The notes under the pieces are model-generated. The model had not been told where the DNA came from and searched no databases. It saw nothing but the letters and a program-made list of their open reading frames with translations. This document shows positions 30,367 to 41,419 of a stretch of 64,000 nt of DNA, piece after piece. Both the position numbers and the translations under genes were made by a program. Position 1 is the first letter of the stretch. Each line of letters begins with the position of its first letter. The DNA is from Candidatus Hydrogenedentota bacterium. Its GTDB lineage: Bacteria > Hydrogenedentota > Hydrogenedentia > Hydrogenedentales > SLHB01. The stretch covers positions 416,001-480,000 of the forward strand of contig CAXXTH010000010.1 of assembly GCA_963668025.2 (NCBI GenBank), read 5' to 3'.

Positions 30367-30480
30367 GATCGTATCCTTTCTCTGTGCTCCTCTGTGTCTT
30401 GTGGTGAATGTTCCGGAATTTTACCACAGAGGCACAGAGGAGCGCGGAGAAATAAGCTTAAACAGAATGATACGCCCTTA

Positions 30481-30814
30481 TTATTGGCCCGCTGCTTCCT
30501 CGTCTGCTCCGCTGTCCGGGATGCCCTGGAAATCCACTTCTTTCAGCGCATGTTTCCATGCATTGAACACTTCCAGCTTCCGGCCTGCGGATTCAATAAC
30601 ATCGAGTTCCAAGGACGCCAAAGTTACGAAGTGATGAATGATCCCATTGTTGTCTGGTTCAGGAGCAGGCACTGAATATAAAGGCCACTTAAGCAGAATC
30701 AAATAATGGCCCACTTTGGCCAGTGGGACGTATTCTCCGTTATTTTTGGCGAATACATTGTACCTAACAAAACACACGAAAATTCTGTTTGATGAGTATT
30801 GTTTTAGGGATATC
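30481..30814 (-). pseudogene. Paralogue A: start-less, internally deleted fragment of the same family
   Basis: VPL..GHY.I.LKWPLYSVPAPEPDNNGIIHH..AGR.LE.FNAWK.AL.EVDFQGIPDSG then jumps to the family tail (AAGQ*); followed by the same trailer repeat. Confidence 0.8.
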
Positions 30815-31897
30815 TCACAATCCTTCATTATAGAACACATACAGCCCGTCTTTGCCTGGCGCGACGACATCCAACAGGCCGTTTCCCGTCAGATCCGCAA
30901 GGGCGAAATAAATGCCGCAGCCGGTGGCGCTGCGCGCGGGGCCATAATCGATGATTTGCTTGGAAAAGCTTTCTCCATTCCATTTGAAGTAATAAAGGCC
31001 CAATGGATCGCCGTCGCCTGGATCACTTCCCTTATGTGCGCGATACCGCTTGCCAGTAATCAATTCACAGGAGCCATCGCCATCGATATCCGCCCAAATC
31101 ATGTCATGGTATTGGCTGTTGAAGGGATCAATGGGGTGCTTGCGCCAGGCCCGGCAGCCATTCGCGCCGATGGTTTGTTCCCACCAATCCAAACCGTATC
31201 CATGCGCCTGGCCCACAATGAGTTCGAAACGTCCATCGCCATTCACATCCACGACAAGAATCGGCACGCTGGCGCAGCCGAGATCGAAATCGGGATGATA
31301 GGCCCATTCTCCCTGAAGCAGATTCTCTGGCGCTTCAAGCCAGCCATGGGCCATTACGAAATCCCCCCGGCCGCTCCCCGAAATATCTCCCCATCCCAAG
31401 CCATGGCCCTGCGGTTTGTTAAAAATAGCATGGGCGGCAAACCGGCCTAGCCCTTTGCCATTTCCGTCCACTTCCAGCTTGTACACGATGAGCGGCTGGC
31501 CCGGCGTATTCGGTACGATCTCTAGCACGCCATCCCCGTCCACGTCCCAGGCCCGCGTCGTTTCAATATTGCCGCACGCCGCGATAGGGTGCAGCGGCCA
31601 TTCCTTGCCCGGAACGCCGGGATTCTCCCGCCAGCGCAATTCGCTGGTGAACCAGGAGCCCGTGACGAAATCGAGAAAACCATCTCCATTTACATCCATC
31701 GCGATGGTGGAGAAATCATCATAATAATCGCCAAACGCCTGGATCTCGCCTATTTTATGCGCTTTCTTAAAATCAGGGCCTTCATACCAATACGCCCCAG
31801 AGACGATATCCGGTATCCCGTCATTGTTCACATCAAACACGCCCGCGGATTCGTATAGCTCATCCGCGATGAGTACTTTTCTGAATTTCAACGGCAT
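30815..31897 (-). CDS. FG-GAP/VCBS repeat beta-propeller protein
   Basis: Repeated D(V/I/L)xGDGxxD/E motifs; start at ATG 31897 after GGAGG. Confidence 0.85.
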   Translation of the reverse strand: MPLKFRKVLIADELYESAGVFDVNNDGIPDIVSGAYWYEGPDFKKAHKIGEIQAFGDYYDDFSTIAMDVNGDGFLDFVTGSWFTSELRWRENPGVPGKEWPLHPIAACGNIETTRAWDVDGDGVLEIVPNTPGQPLIVYKLEVDGNGKGLGRFAAHAIFNKPQGHGLGWGDISGSGRGDFVMAHGWLEAPENLLQGEWAYHPDFDLGCASVPILVVDVNGDGRFELIVGQAHGYGLDWWEQTIGANGCRAWRKHPIDPFNSQYHDMIWADIDGDGSCELITGKRYRAHKGSDPGDGDPLGLYYFKWNGESFSKQIIDYGPARSATGCGIYFALADLTGNGLLDVVAPGKDGLYVFYNEGL

Positions 31898-32123
31898 GGC
31901 TGCTCCCCCTCCATTCGGCTTTCCGCCGCCTCCCATCCGGTCCATGTAACTCGATTTAGACACAAATGCATGAATTGGATCAAAAAACAATGCGCCTCGT
32001 CTTTTCCTGGAACCCAAACCACGGACCCTGCTATACTTAGCCCGTTTGGTTTGTTCTTCATAAATTGAGCCAGCGCATGGAGCCTGCCGGCTCCACTGCG
32101 GCATTGGCAGGGAGTTGCCTGAT

Positions 32124-34157
32124 ATGTCCAATACGCCCGCCGCTCCGCCGACGGATTATGTGAAGCTGCTCCTTACCCGGAAAAATATAGGCCTTATCGC
32201 AGGCAGCGCCATGTTATGCCTGGTGCTGGCAACCCTCGCGAATCTCTTAACGCCTGAACGGTATGAGGCCCGCACCACGCTTGTGCTGTCACCACCGCCG
32301 TATAAAGACAAACAGGAGGGCACGATCGGCAAGCTGATGCCGGAAACGCTGCATGTGAAGGATATCGAAGTCATCGTGACCTGCGACGCCGTTCTGTCCA
32401 AAACCTTGGAGGAGCTGGAAATTGGCGGCCAAATCCCCCAAGATGAGATGGAAGCGTTGAAAGAACCAGGTGAATTCGTTGATTTGCTGCGGGTGGACAC
32501 GACAGAGATCGCGAAGAGCGCCACCACCGGGGCCACTTTCTCCAAAGTCATTAATCTCGCCGCCCGTGGCGATACGCGCGAAACCTCGGAGTGTATCGCC
32601 AAAACGTGGGCTAAAGTCGCCCAACAAGTCATTTTGGACTATATGGGCGGAACCTCCACCGAAACATTCGACTTCCTTGAAAGGGAGTTTAACGACGCCA
32701 CCGATAATTTGGTCAGCGCCGAGGATAGTGAGCGTTCCACCCAAGACGGATATGACCAGAAGGTCTCGACGCATCAAAAAGACACGGCCACGCAGGTGGG
32801 AGAACACCGGGATGCTTCGGATATGCAAGTAAGGCAATTCGAAGATGAGACCGATCAGCAATTGCGTGAATTTCGCGACAAGTCTGACCTGGAAATTGCG
32901 TCATATGAAACCGAAACAGACATCCTGCTTCAAAAACACCAGGATTCAACGGCTGAACTGTTGAAAAAGAAATCCGATGAATGGTCGGACAAACTGGCCA
33001 AACTGCGCGCGGAGTTGAAACTAGACGAGCTTCAAGCCCGCCTTGGCTGGCTGCAGCAACGGCTTTATGGATATACGTTCAGCGTCGGCGGAAACACCGG
33101 GAAAAAAACAGAACAAACATCGGATAAAGCGCTGGCCGCCCTTTTTGGCGAAGTGGTTCCCGAATTGGCGGCGTCCTCTAGCGGCCAATCATCCTCTACA
33201 GGCGGCGATTTGCCCTTAAGCCTTGAAGACCAAAAAATGGAGCTGATGACCCGGCGTGCGCAGCTCGAGGGGCAAATCAAGGAAGCCACGGCGGAGCTCG
33301 AGAAGCATCCGGAAGTGCTGGTGCTCTCGAAAGCCATCACCGATGACGCCTTATGGCAGAAATCCAATGCGAACGGGGAAACCGGCGGCATTCCGAAAAG
33401 CCTTGATGCTCTGAAGCTTCGCAGTGAAATCATCAATCCCACCTACTTGCAGCTTATGCAAAAATTGAGCGACGCGCGAGTCGCCTTGAATGCCTTACCG
33501 AAACTGGAGGCCATGGTGGATGAACAGATCACTGCAAAACAGAAAGATTATGCCGATACCCTGGGCGAATACGAAAACAAAACCTTTCAGCTCCAAGAGC
33601 AAGAACGCCAGCGGAATATGGAGATAGAAATACTCAAACGCGAGCGGGATGTGGATGAACAAAAATTAGACCGGGATCGTACCGTGGGGCAAGAAGCATT
33701 GGTTCGCCAGCGGCGTACGGAAGAGGCCGTCTTGCAGCGCGGCCGGAATACGGACTTGTCCATCTTGAAACGCTCTCGAGAAACCGAATTAACGTTGTTG
33801 CAATTGGACCGCACCACCGGCCTCGACATGTTGACGCGGGAATCGGAGCTTATGACCGCCCGCGACCAACGCATGGTGAAACACCGCAAAGACAAATACG
33901 ATGTCTTGCACGACAGCTACCTCACCGCCGCTTTGGCGCAAGCAAATAAGGCTGGCGATATCTATATGGTCGCCGCGGACGCCACCTTGGGAAATCCCAT
34001 GCCTCGCCACACCACCATCCGGCTGGGGGCGGCCTTGCTGACGGGCGCTTTAATGGCCATGGGCTACGTTCTGCTGAGCCATCATCTCCAAGAAGGCGAA
34101 GGAACCGGCGGGAAAATACAGCCGCCCAAGAAAACGGAAGTGGAAGTGCTCGCATAA
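32124..34157 (+). CDS. Wzz/GumC-like polysaccharide co-polymerase with extended coiled coil
   Basis: TM1, P..YEA.T.L, INPTY..L, Pro-containing segment before TM2; no tyrosine kinase domain. Confidence 0.72.
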   Translation: MSNTPAAPPTDYVKLLLTRKNIGLIAGSAMLCLVLATLANLLTPERYEARTTLVLSPPPYKDKQEGTIGKLMPETLHVKDIEVIVTCDAVLSKTLEELEIGGQIPQDEMEALKEPGEFVDLLRVDTTEIAKSATTGATFSKVINLAARGDTRETSECIAKTWAKVAQQVILDYMGGTSTETFDFLEREFNDATDNLVSAEDSERSTQDGYDQKVSTHQKDTATQVGEHRDASDMQVRQFEDETDQQLREFRDKSDLEIASYETETDILLQKHQDSTAELLKKKSDEWSDKLAKLRAELKLDELQARLGWLQQRLYGYTFSVGGNTGKKTEQTSDKALAALFGEVVPELAASSSGQSSSTGGDLPLSLEDQKMELMTRRAQLEGQIKEATAELEKHPEVLVLSKAITDDALWQKSNANGETGGIPKSLDALKLRSEIINPTYLQLMQKLSDARVALNALPKLEAMVDEQITAKQKDYADTLGEYENKTFQLQEQERQRNMEIEILKRERDVDEQKLDRDRTVGQEALVRQRRTEEAVLQRGRNTDLSILKRSRETELTLLQLDRTTGLDMLTRESELMTARDQRMVKHRKDKYDVLHDSYLTAALAQANKAGDIYMVAADATLGNPMPRHTTIRLGAALLTGALMAMGYVLLSHHLQEGEGTGGKIQPPKKTEVEVLA

Positions 34158-34239
34158 CTGGGAAATCTACAGCACGAAAATGTTTGAATACAGCGAAAGT
34201 CTGCTTTCGCCAGGAAACCGATACAGGAAGGACCGCCGC

Positions 34240-37200
34240 ATGTACGTCCAGCAAGTCATCCAGACGCTGAATGCTTTTTGGGAAAACAAAGGCTGCATTC
34301 TTTGGCAGCCGTATCATACCGAAGTGGGCGCGGGCACCTCGAACCCGGCTACATTTCTGCGGGTGCTTGGCCCCGAGCCTTGGTGGGTGGCTTATCCCGA
34401 ACCTAGCACGCGCCCAGCCGACGGGCGTTACGGCGAGAATCCCAACCGGCTCCAGCACTATTACCAATACCAGGTTATATTAAAGCCGTCGCCCCCGAAT
34501 GTGCAGGAATTGTACTTGCAATCGTTCGAGGCCCTGGGCCTTGATCTCTCGAAACACGATTTCCGATTTGTCGAAGATAACTGGCAGTCTCCCTCACTGG
34601 GCGCGTGGGGCTTGGGCTGGGAGGCCTGGCTCGATGGCATGGAAGTGCTCCAGTTCACGTATTTCCAGGAATGTGGCGGCCTCAAGCTGGATGTGCGCGC
34701 CTGCGAATTGACGTACGGCATCGAGCGCATCTCCATGTATCTTCAAGGTGTCGAGAGTGTGTACGACCTCAAATGGGCCCCCTCGGGCATTACATATGGC
34801 GACATCTTCCACGCCCAGGAAGTCGAATACTGCAAATACAACTTCGAGGCAGCCGATACGGAGCGCCTGTTTCATGTTTTTGACTTGTGGGAGGCCGAGG
34901 CCTCGAGGCTGGTGGATTCAGGCCTAATTCTACCCGCATATGACCATTGCCTGCGCTTGTCGCACTTGTTCAACCTCCTCGATGCGCGGGGTGCGTTGTC
35001 GGTGATCGAGCGGGGGCGTTTTCTCCTGCGCTGCCGGTCGGTGTCGGAACGCTGCGCGAAAGGATATTTCGCACAGCGTGAAGCCATGGGATTCCCGCTC
35101 ATGCGTCTGCCGCGCCCAGGCGCCTCACCCGCCGCTGCTCCACTTTCGGTGGATTCCACCGCGCTCGCCGAGCGCGATACGCTGCTGATCGAGATTGGCG
35201 TCGAGGAAATGCCGCATAAAGACGTGAAAGCTGTCTTGAACCAAGCGCCTGCTCTTGTCGAGAAACTGTTACATGAACATGAACTCGAACACGGCCCAGT
35301 AACTTTATATGTAACGCCCCGCCGCATCGCCGTCCAGATTGAAGGCATGCCCGCGCGCCAAAACGATGTGGTGAAGGAAGTGCGCGGCCCGCGCAAGAGC
35401 GCCGCGAAGAATGCGTCCGGTGAGTGGACCATCCCCGCGCGTAAATTCGCGGAAGCCAATGGGGCGGGCGTTGACGATATTTTCTTCCAAGGCGAAGGTA
35501 AAGACGAGTTCTGTTATGTCAAATCCCATGCGAAGGGCAAACGCATCAAACAGTTCCTGCCGGAGCTGGTGTCTGGCATTCTGCGCGGCCTGCAATTCGG
35601 CAAATCCATGGGCTGGGAGGATTCCACGGTGACATTCTCGCGGCCTGTGCGCTGGCTCCTCGCACTCCACGGCGCAACCGCCCTGCCGGTTTCCTGGAAG
35701 CTGCGCGACGCCGACGCCATCGGCCCGGAACGCTCCATCGAATCGGGCGCGGTGAGCTATGGCCACCGGCGGCTCAAACCGGGCCCCGTGGCTATCGGGT
35801 CGGCTTCCGAATACCTCGAACGCCTGCGCGGCGCGGATGTGCTCGCGGACCGCGACGAACGCATGAAAGCATTGCGCGATGGCGTCGCGAAACATTGCGC
35901 CGCACTTGGCTTGCAGGCGGAAGATGACGAAGGGCTTTTCGATGAGATTTGTGATCTTACGGAATGGCCCGAACCCATTGTGTGCGAAATCCCCGAAGAA
36001 GCCCTGGCGCTGCCTGAAGCGATTATCATCACGCCCATGAAAGTCCACCAGCGCTATATTCCGCTGCGAACCGCCGACGGCAAACTAAGCCGCCATTTCC
36101 TCGCTGTAGCCAATGGCGCGCACAGCGAAGAAGGCCGCGCGATTATTAAGGAAGGCAACGAAAAGGTGCTCAATGCGCGCCTGCGCGACGCGAAATATTT
36201 CTGGGACACGGACATCAAGACGCCGCTGCGCCATTTCTCCGAGCGGCTGTCGAACGTGATGTTCCATCAAGAACTCGGTGCGATGTCGGATAAAGTGGGA
36301 CGCCTGCGCGATCTATTCTTCACACTCAAGGAATCCTTCCCGAAAGTGAATGACGACCGCATGAAGGAAGTCCTGCTGCTCATGAAGGCCGACCTTACGA
36401 CGCAGATGGTTTTCGAGTTCGACTCCCTGGAAGGGGTCGTCGGGATGCTATATGCGCGTGAACAGGGCATGGACGAAGAGATCGCCCAAGCGTTGTTCGA
36501 GCATCGCCTGCCGCGCCGCGCAGGGGATGCGCTGCCGAAAAACAATTTCGCCATCATCGCGGGCGTTCTCGACCGATTCGATACCTTGGCGGGTTATTTC
36601 GGCATTGGCATTCGCCCCAAAGGCACGAGCGATCCCTACGCCCTTCGCCGCAACGCCCTTGCGCTGCTGGCGATCATTCAATCGGCGGAACTCGATTTTG
36701 ATCTCGATATGTTCGCCCGAGCCGCCATCGCTAATTACGGCGATGTTGTCGCCATGCCCGATCAAACCCTTACAGCGCTCCTCGATTTCTTTGCCGACCG
36801 CCTGGCGGTCCTCGCGCGCGACGAGGGATATCCGCACGACCACGTGGCCGCCGCCCTCGCGGCGCACAGGCGGCGTCCCGTGAAGTTCTTCCGCTGCCTC
36901 GAAGCCATGAAAGCCCTGGACGCGGAGGCGCTGCAAAACTTGGCCGAACAAGCAAAGCGCATGAAACGCATCGCGAAGGAGCCTGCGGCGGAATTCGATA
37001 TGGAGTTGATTACCGAAGAAGAATCGATGCTGGCCAGCTTCCGGAACATCCAAACCCAATGCGTGCGGGAGCATGTCGAGGCGGAAGATTTTTCCTTGGC
37101 GTTTGAGAACGTGCTCGGATTCGTGCCGGTGGTGGACCAGTATTTCCAAGATGTGATGGTCAACGATCCGGACCTGGCCATTCGCGGAAACCGGCACGCC

Positions 37201-37278
37201 CTGCTACGCGATGTCCTTGCCGCCATGACGCTGCCCGCGGACTTCACGCAAATCGAGAAGAAGGACTTGTCTGTATAA
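34240..37278 (+). CDS. glyQS: Glycine--tRNA ligase, fused alpha+beta subunits
   Basis: Alpha: [36 protein letters not shown]; linker; beta: LIEIG.EE.P, F.RPVRW, ARLRDA.YF, DPYALRR; one continuous frame. Confidence 0.95.
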   Translation: MYVQQVIQTLNAFWENKGCILWQPYHTEVGAGTSNPATFLRVLGPEPWWVAYPEPSTRPADGRYGENPNRLQHYYQYQVILKPSPPNVQELYLQSFEALGLDLSKHDFRFVEDNWQSPSLGAWGLGWEAWLDGMEVLQFTYFQECGGLKLDVRACELTYGIERISMYLQGVESVYDLKWAPSGITYGDIFHAQEVEYCKYNFEAADTERLFHVFDLWEAEASRLVDSGLILPAYDHCLRLSHLFNLLDARGALSVIERGRFLLRCRSVSERCAKGYFAQREAMGFPLMRLPRPGASPAAAPLSVDSTALAERDTLLIEIGVEEMPHKDVKAVLNQAPALVEKLLHEHELEHGPVTLYVTPRRIAVQIEGMPARQNDVVKEVRGPRKSAAKNASGEWTIPARKFAEANGAGVDDIFFQGEGKDEFCYVKSHAKGKRIKQFLPELVSGILRGLQFGKSMGWEDSTVTFSRPVRWLLALHGATALPVSWKLRDADAIGPERSIESGAVSYGHRRLKPGPVAIGSASEYLERLRGADVLADRDERMKALRDGVAKHCAALGLQAEDDEGLFDEICDLTEWPEPIVCEIPEEALALPEAIIITPMKVHQRYIPLRTADGKLSRHFLAVANGAHSEEGRAIIKEGNEKVLNARLRDAKYFWDTDIKTPLRHFSERLSNVMFHQELGAMSDKVGRLRDLFFTLKESFPKVNDDRMKEVLLLMKADLTTQMVFEFDSLEGVVGMLYAREQGMDEEIAQALFEHRLPRRAGDALPKNNFAIIAGVLDRFDTLAGYFGIGIRPKGTSDPYALRRNALALLAIIQSAELDFDLDMFARAAIANYGDVVAMPDQTLTALLDFFADRLAVLARDEGYPHDHVAAALAAHRRRPVKFFRCLEAMKALDAEALQNLAEQAKRMKRIAKEPAAEFDMELITEEESMLASFRNIQTQCVREHVEAEDFSLAFENVLGFVPVVDQYFQDVMVNDPDLAIRGNRHALLRDVLAAMTLPADFTQIEKKDLSV

Positions 37279-37389
37279 AAAGAATAAGGAAACACAGCAA
37301 GTTTTAGTGGTATATAGTTTTGGGCTGATTGGCGATATCATCGGTGTGCCTTATCGGGACACGCGTTATGTATTTTCTCCTCTATTGCC

Positions 37390-37509
37390 GTAGGGTGGGG
37401 CTTGCCCTACCGTTAATGGTTTTCAATCCTACTGGTGGGGCAAGCCCCACCCTACCCTTTTCCCGTGGCATGGGCGTCCCCATGCGCATGGCCAGGACGG
37501 CCATGTCAC
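37390..37509. repeat. REP cluster: inverted family-1 doublet plus family-2 doublet
   Basis: Family 1 at 37390-37411 and 37434-37455 (inverted); family 2 at 37465-37509. Confidence 0.85.
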
Positions 37510-37679
37510 GACATTTAGAAAAAAGAGGAAAGAGAAGATAAAAGCGGCGGCAAGCTGCCACTATCCATATAAATTATCTGTTATCCTTGCGTGAAGAGGG
37601 GAACAAGGTGTGGGATCGGCGCTCTCGCCGGTTGTCTTATTGATGTTATCATGGATTAGAAGGAGGCTGTTACTCCGTG

Positions 37680-39431
37680 ATGGAATCGTCCAAATCACAC
37701 CAATGGCTAGAGCGCGGCATACTGGCGGGTATTCTGCTCGTGGCGGTGTTGCTCCGGTTTTGGGGGATCACGGAAAGCGGGATCTTTTCCGTCGATGAAG
37801 GGCGTTACCTGCTCGATGCCCAGAGCAAGCTCGCCGAGATGCAAGGGTGGGCGGGCATTGCGCAGGGCAAGTTCGCGGAAATGCGCGGCGGGCCGGAGTT
37901 CCAGCTCGAACCGTATGTCCAAACGCTTCAAAGCCAACTGGCGGCCCATGCGCCGTTTCTGCCCAAAGTGTTGTTTTCATATCTCGTGGCTCTAGTGATG
38001 AGCGTCACGGGATTCACGGTTTGGGCGGGCAATGCCGTCGAGGCCGGTTTCGGCGCGCTCACCGTGGCAGCCACGTATGTGTTCGCCGCCCGTTTGCTGG
38101 GCAAACGCACGGGGATTCTCGCGGCGGGGCTGCTGGCGATTCTTTGTTATCATGTCTATTATTCCCGCAACACTTATCCCCAATGCACCTCTGGCTTTTT
38201 CTTTCTCGCGGCGATGATGGCCCATCATGCATGGAACGAAGCCGCGCGCGAGGGGCGTCCCGCGCGAAGATGGCTGGCGGCCTCGGGCGTTTGCGCGGGA
38301 TTGTCGTTTCTGGCGAATTTCCAAGCGGCGGGCGCATTGTCCGCCTTGGCATTCGCCCACATCGCCACGTCGGCGGCACGCCCCGGATGGCGCGCACGGG
38401 CGCAAGCGTGCTGTATCGAAGGCGCTTGGCTCGCCATGAGCTTCTGCGCCGTCTTGCTGCTGGCCGAGGCCTCGACGTATCCCATGGTTTTGATGTTCCA
38501 CTCGTTTGGAATGGAATTTCCCCATCAGACCTTTTTCGAGCTGCTTGCGCCGCGCATGGGCATGCACACCGGCGTGGGCGTAAACACGGCGGGCGTGCTG
38601 TTGTTTCCTTACTTTCTGAGCATGTTCGAGAAAGGCCATGTCCTCCTGGGGCTGCTTTTGCTGCTGGGCGCGGCGGCGCAACTGCGCAAGAGGGAATGGA
38701 CTCCCCGCGCGCGTGTGGCGCTGATGTATCTTGCCGCCGCCTGCCTGCCGTGGGCCATCTATTCATTTAAGAGCTTGCAGGGTGCGCGGACGTTTGTCTA
38801 CATCCTTCCCCTCTTCGCCATCTGCCTGGCCCAGTGTGTTCTTGCTTTATGGCGGCATCCCTTCCCAGCAGCACCTCGGCTGAAGCAAGGGCTGATCGGC
38901 GTGGCGTGCGCGCTCGTGGCGATATCCTCCTTATACGGGGATGTGCAGACGCTCCGGCTTCGCTCCGCGTATCCGGAGGCTATGGCGTTTATCGCGCAAA
39001 CACCAGAACGCGCCGCGTGTGCGTCATGGTCCGCCGTGCTCGATTGTTACTTGCAGGTGAATGGACTCGATGGCGGCAGTTATTATGATTACGCCGCCTC
39101 GGGTGAAGCCCCGCCCCCGTATTTCATGAGCGATTTCCAGGAGCTTTACTACCAGCATTACCCGGATGAACCGCTGGTTGCGCCGACAGGGGCGATACCC
39201 GCGCATGTCTTTCGACACCGGTTGAGCCCCGCGTTTCTGGCCGCCGAGGTGTTGCCGCCCTATGGGCGCACGATGGAAAGCATCCGGTATGTGAACACGC
39301 TCGATGCGAATCGCGCGGAAGCATTGTGCGTGTTTGACCTGCGCCAGACCGGCGTCCGCCAGGCGGACGCGCCTAGCGGGACAGCCCACAAAGGTTTGTG
39401 GGATTTATATCCGTCCAAAAAATCGCCATGA
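37680..39431 (+). CDS. GT-C (PMT/GT39-like) membrane glycosyltransferase
   Basis: LLRFWGI...DE..Y after TM1, H.YYSR motif, many TM helices. Confidence 0.75.
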   Translation: MESSKSHQWLERGILAGILLVAVLLRFWGITESGIFSVDEGRYLLDAQSKLAEMQGWAGIAQGKFAEMRGGPEFQLEPYVQTLQSQLAAHAPFLPKVLFSYLVALVMSVTGFTVWAGNAVEAGFGALTVAATYVFAARLLGKRTGILAAGLLAILCYHVYYSRNTYPQCTSGFFFLAAMMAHHAWNEAAREGRPARRWLAASGVCAGLSFLANFQAAGALSALAFAHIATSAARPGWRARAQACCIEGAWLAMSFCAVLLLAEASTYPMVLMFHSFGMEFPHQTFFELLAPRMGMHTGVGVNTAGVLLFPYFLSMFEKGHVLLGLLLLLGAAAQLRKREWTPRARVALMYLAAACLPWAIYSFKSLQGARTFVYILPLFAICLAQCVLALWRHPFPAAPRLKQGLIGVACALVAISSLYGDVQTLRLRSAYPEAMAFIAQTPERAACASWSAVLDCYLQVNGLDGGSYYDYAASGEAPPPYFMSDFQELYYQHYPDEPLVAPTGAIPAHVFRHRLSPAFLAAEVLPPYGRTMESIRYVNTLDANRAEALCVFDLRQTGVRQADAPSGTAHKGLWDLYPSKKSP

Positions 39432-39468
39432 CAGGCTGCATCGTTCCATATCCGTTTCATGAGATCCC

Positions 39469-39514
39469 GTAGCATGGGCGTCCCGCCCATGCGCATGGCC
39501 GGGACGGCCATGCC
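39469..39514. repeat. REP family 2 doublet truncated at the IS end
   Basis: GTAGCATGGGCGTCCCGCCCATGCGCATGGCCGGGACGGCCATGCC directly abuts the left TIR. Confidence 0.8.
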
Positions 39515-39632
39515 CTGGAGTTTCTACCTTTTTTGGGCGAGGTGGACACGCTTTTTCTCTTGCCATCGCACAGCTTATCGTCTTTGTCGTAGCTTCCCTT
39601 TCGCCGAATAGGCCGGTCATTTAAAATATATA

Positions 39633-39661
39633 TTGACATACCGACTCGTTTGTGCTACAAT
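39633..39661 (+). promoter_or_regulatory. Near-consensus sigma70 promoter inside the IS
   Basis: TTGACA-17 nt-TACAAT with an extended -10 TG. Confidence 0.75.
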
Positions 39662-39689
39662 CTTGTTGGCTAGGCAGGAGGGCAGCGCC

Positions 39690-40025
39690 ATGAATGACGA
39701 ATTGCGTGACACGATCCTAGAGGCTATGGAAAAAGGGCTTGAGGCGCAGCTTCGGGCGGTGCGCCGTCTGCGTAGGGGGGAAGAATCCAGGGAGGAGCCA
39801 CGACCCAGAACAAGTATGTCGCAAGTAGATATGGCATATGACATACTCTTGAGGGCCGCTCATCCCCTTCATGTCAATGAGATCCTGAGTCGCATTCATG
39901 CGGTCTTCGGCATTACGGTGGACCGGGAAAGCCTGGTGTCTTCCCTCACCAAAAAGGTGGCTCGGGAAGACCGCTTTGTCCGCGCGGACAAGAACACCTT
40001 CGGACTCAAAGGAGGCAAGCGATGA
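39690..40025 (+). CDS. Winged-HTH (HARE-HTH-like) passenger protein
   Basis: AGGAGG RBS; AYDIL....PLHV.EI...F.R...NTFGL pattern; ATGA overlap with the transposase. Confidence 0.7.
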   Translation: MNDELRDTILEAMEKGLEAQLRAVRRLRRGEESREEPRPRTSMSQVDMAYDILLRAAHPLHVNEILSRIHAVFGITVDRESLVSSLTKKVAREDRFVRADKNTFGLKGGKR

Positions 40026-41401
40026 GTCTTTTACACGAATGGCTCAACGTTACCGAGCGCTGGCGCGATGCTTTTGCCCAAGAGCGCACCACCGTGCGTG
40101 CGGTGCGGCAGGGACTTGGGTCACTGGTCTGTTTGGGGCGGCGCACAATCACGCGGACCCTTTGGGCCTGTGGTCGCGAGAATCTGCCGTGGCAGGCTGA
40201 ATACCACATGTACGGCCGCGCCAAGTGGGACCCCCAGCAGCTCTTCGACCCTATTTGGGAAGGAGCCCTGCCCCAGTGTGAAGACCCGCTTGTAGGCGTC
40301 GCCGTCGATGATACCAAGCTGCACAAGACCGGCCGGTGCATTGTCCAGGCTTTTCATCAGCGCGACCCCCTGTCCCCGCCGTTCCACACCAATCTCATTC
40401 TGGGCCTGCGTTTCCTGCAGGCCTCCCTTCTCGTACCGCTTCACCAAGGCGGCGCCTTTAGTTGCCGCGCCTTGCCCGTGCGTTTCGAGGAGTCTTCCCC
40501 CGCCAAGAAGCCTGGCAAGCGCGCAAGCGAGGAGGAGTGGATGGCGTACAAGCAGCGCCGTAAAGAGAAGAACCTTTCAACCCATTGCGTGGCGATGATG
40601 GACTCCTTGCGCGCATCCCTCGACGCCGTCGGCGCCAGGGAGAAAACCTTGGTCATGGCCCTCGACGGCAGCTTTTGCAACCAGACCGTCTTCGGCGCTG
40701 AACGCGACCGCACCCACCTCATCGCCCGTGCCCGCAAGGACGCAGTCCTATGCTTTGGCGCTCCAGAGGGTTCGCGGCGTTTCTATGCCCAAGAAAAATT
40801 CACCCCCGAGCAAGTACGCCAGGACGATAGCATCCCCTGGAAGACTACGAAGCTATTCTACGGCGGCAAACGCCGCAAGGTCCGCTACAAGGAAATCAAG
40901 ACCCTCTACTGGCAAGGCGGCGCGCGCCGTCTTCCCCTCCGCCTTTTCGCTATCGCTCCCACCCCCTACCGCAAGCGGAAAAGCAGTAAGCTTTATTACC
41001 GGCAACCAGCCTACCTTCTTTGTACCGACAGGGTTCACGCCGCACAGAGGCTGCTCCAGATCTACTTCGACCGCTGGCAGATTGAAGTCAACCATCGCGA
41101 GGAAAAGGACACCTTGGGCGTCGGACAAGCTCAGCTCTGGAACCCCAATGCCGTACCCAAGCAGCCCCCGCTTGCCATCGCCGCCTACAGCGCATTGCTA
41201 CTGGCCGCCATAAAAACCTTTGGCCCCGAACGAAATAGTGCATACGCCCCGCTGCCACGGTGGCGAAAACACGCCACACGCCCATCGTGCCTCGCTCTCA
41301 TCACTCTATTGAGAAAAGAGATGGACGAACAGCCCCATTTGCTCCGTCCACTCGGCATAGAAACCTCCAGAGCAACAATGGCAAGCGCCGCGGCTGCTTG
41401 A
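40022..41401 (+). CDS. DDE transposase (IS701/IS4 superfamily)
   Basis: VAVDDT..KTG, LDGSF and Y..RW.IE...RE.K..LG motifs. Confidence 0.9.
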   Translation: MSLLHEWLNVTERWRDAFAQERTTVRAVRQGLGSLVCLGRRTITRTLWACGRENLPWQAEYHMYGRAKWDPQQLFDPIWEGALPQCEDPLVGVAVDDTKLHKTGRCIVQAFHQRDPLSPPFHTNLILGLRFLQASLLVPLHQGGAFSCRALPVRFEESSPAKKPGKRASEEEWMAYKQRRKEKNLSTHCVAMMDSLRASLDAVGAREKTLVMALDGSFCNQTVFGAERDRTHLIARARKDAVLCFGAPEGSRRFYAQEKFTPEQVRQDDSIPWKTTKLFYGGKRRKVRYKEIKTLYWQGGARRLPLRLFAIAPTPYRKRKSSKLYYRQPAYLLCTDRVHAAQRLLQIYFDRWQIEVNHREEKDTLGVGQAQLWNPNAVPKQPPLAIAAYSALLLAAIKTFGPERNSAYAPLPRWRKHATRPSCLALITLLRKEMDEQPHLLRPLGIETSRATMASAAAA

Positions 41402-41419
41402 TAATGGAGAAACTCCAGC

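Larger units (their letters stand above)
39515..41418 (+). mobile_element. IS701/IS4-like insertion sequence with two coupled ORFs
   Basis: TIRs CTGGAGTTTCT (39515-39525) and AGAAACTCCAG (41408-41418); no TSD visible. Confidence 0.8.

Noticed and set aside
29250-30480. Integron attC sites between the paralogues
   Set aside because: No RYYYAAC...GTTRRRY ends and no integrase; the repeats belong to the dispersed ACAGAG family
31898-32131. N-terminal extension of the FG-GAP ORF to 32131
   Set aside because: It would overlap the divergent Wzz-like start; the strong RBS sits before ATG 31897
37390-37509. CRISPR array
   Set aside because: Repeats are inverted palindromes dispersed across the window, with no regular repeat-spacer period and no cas genes
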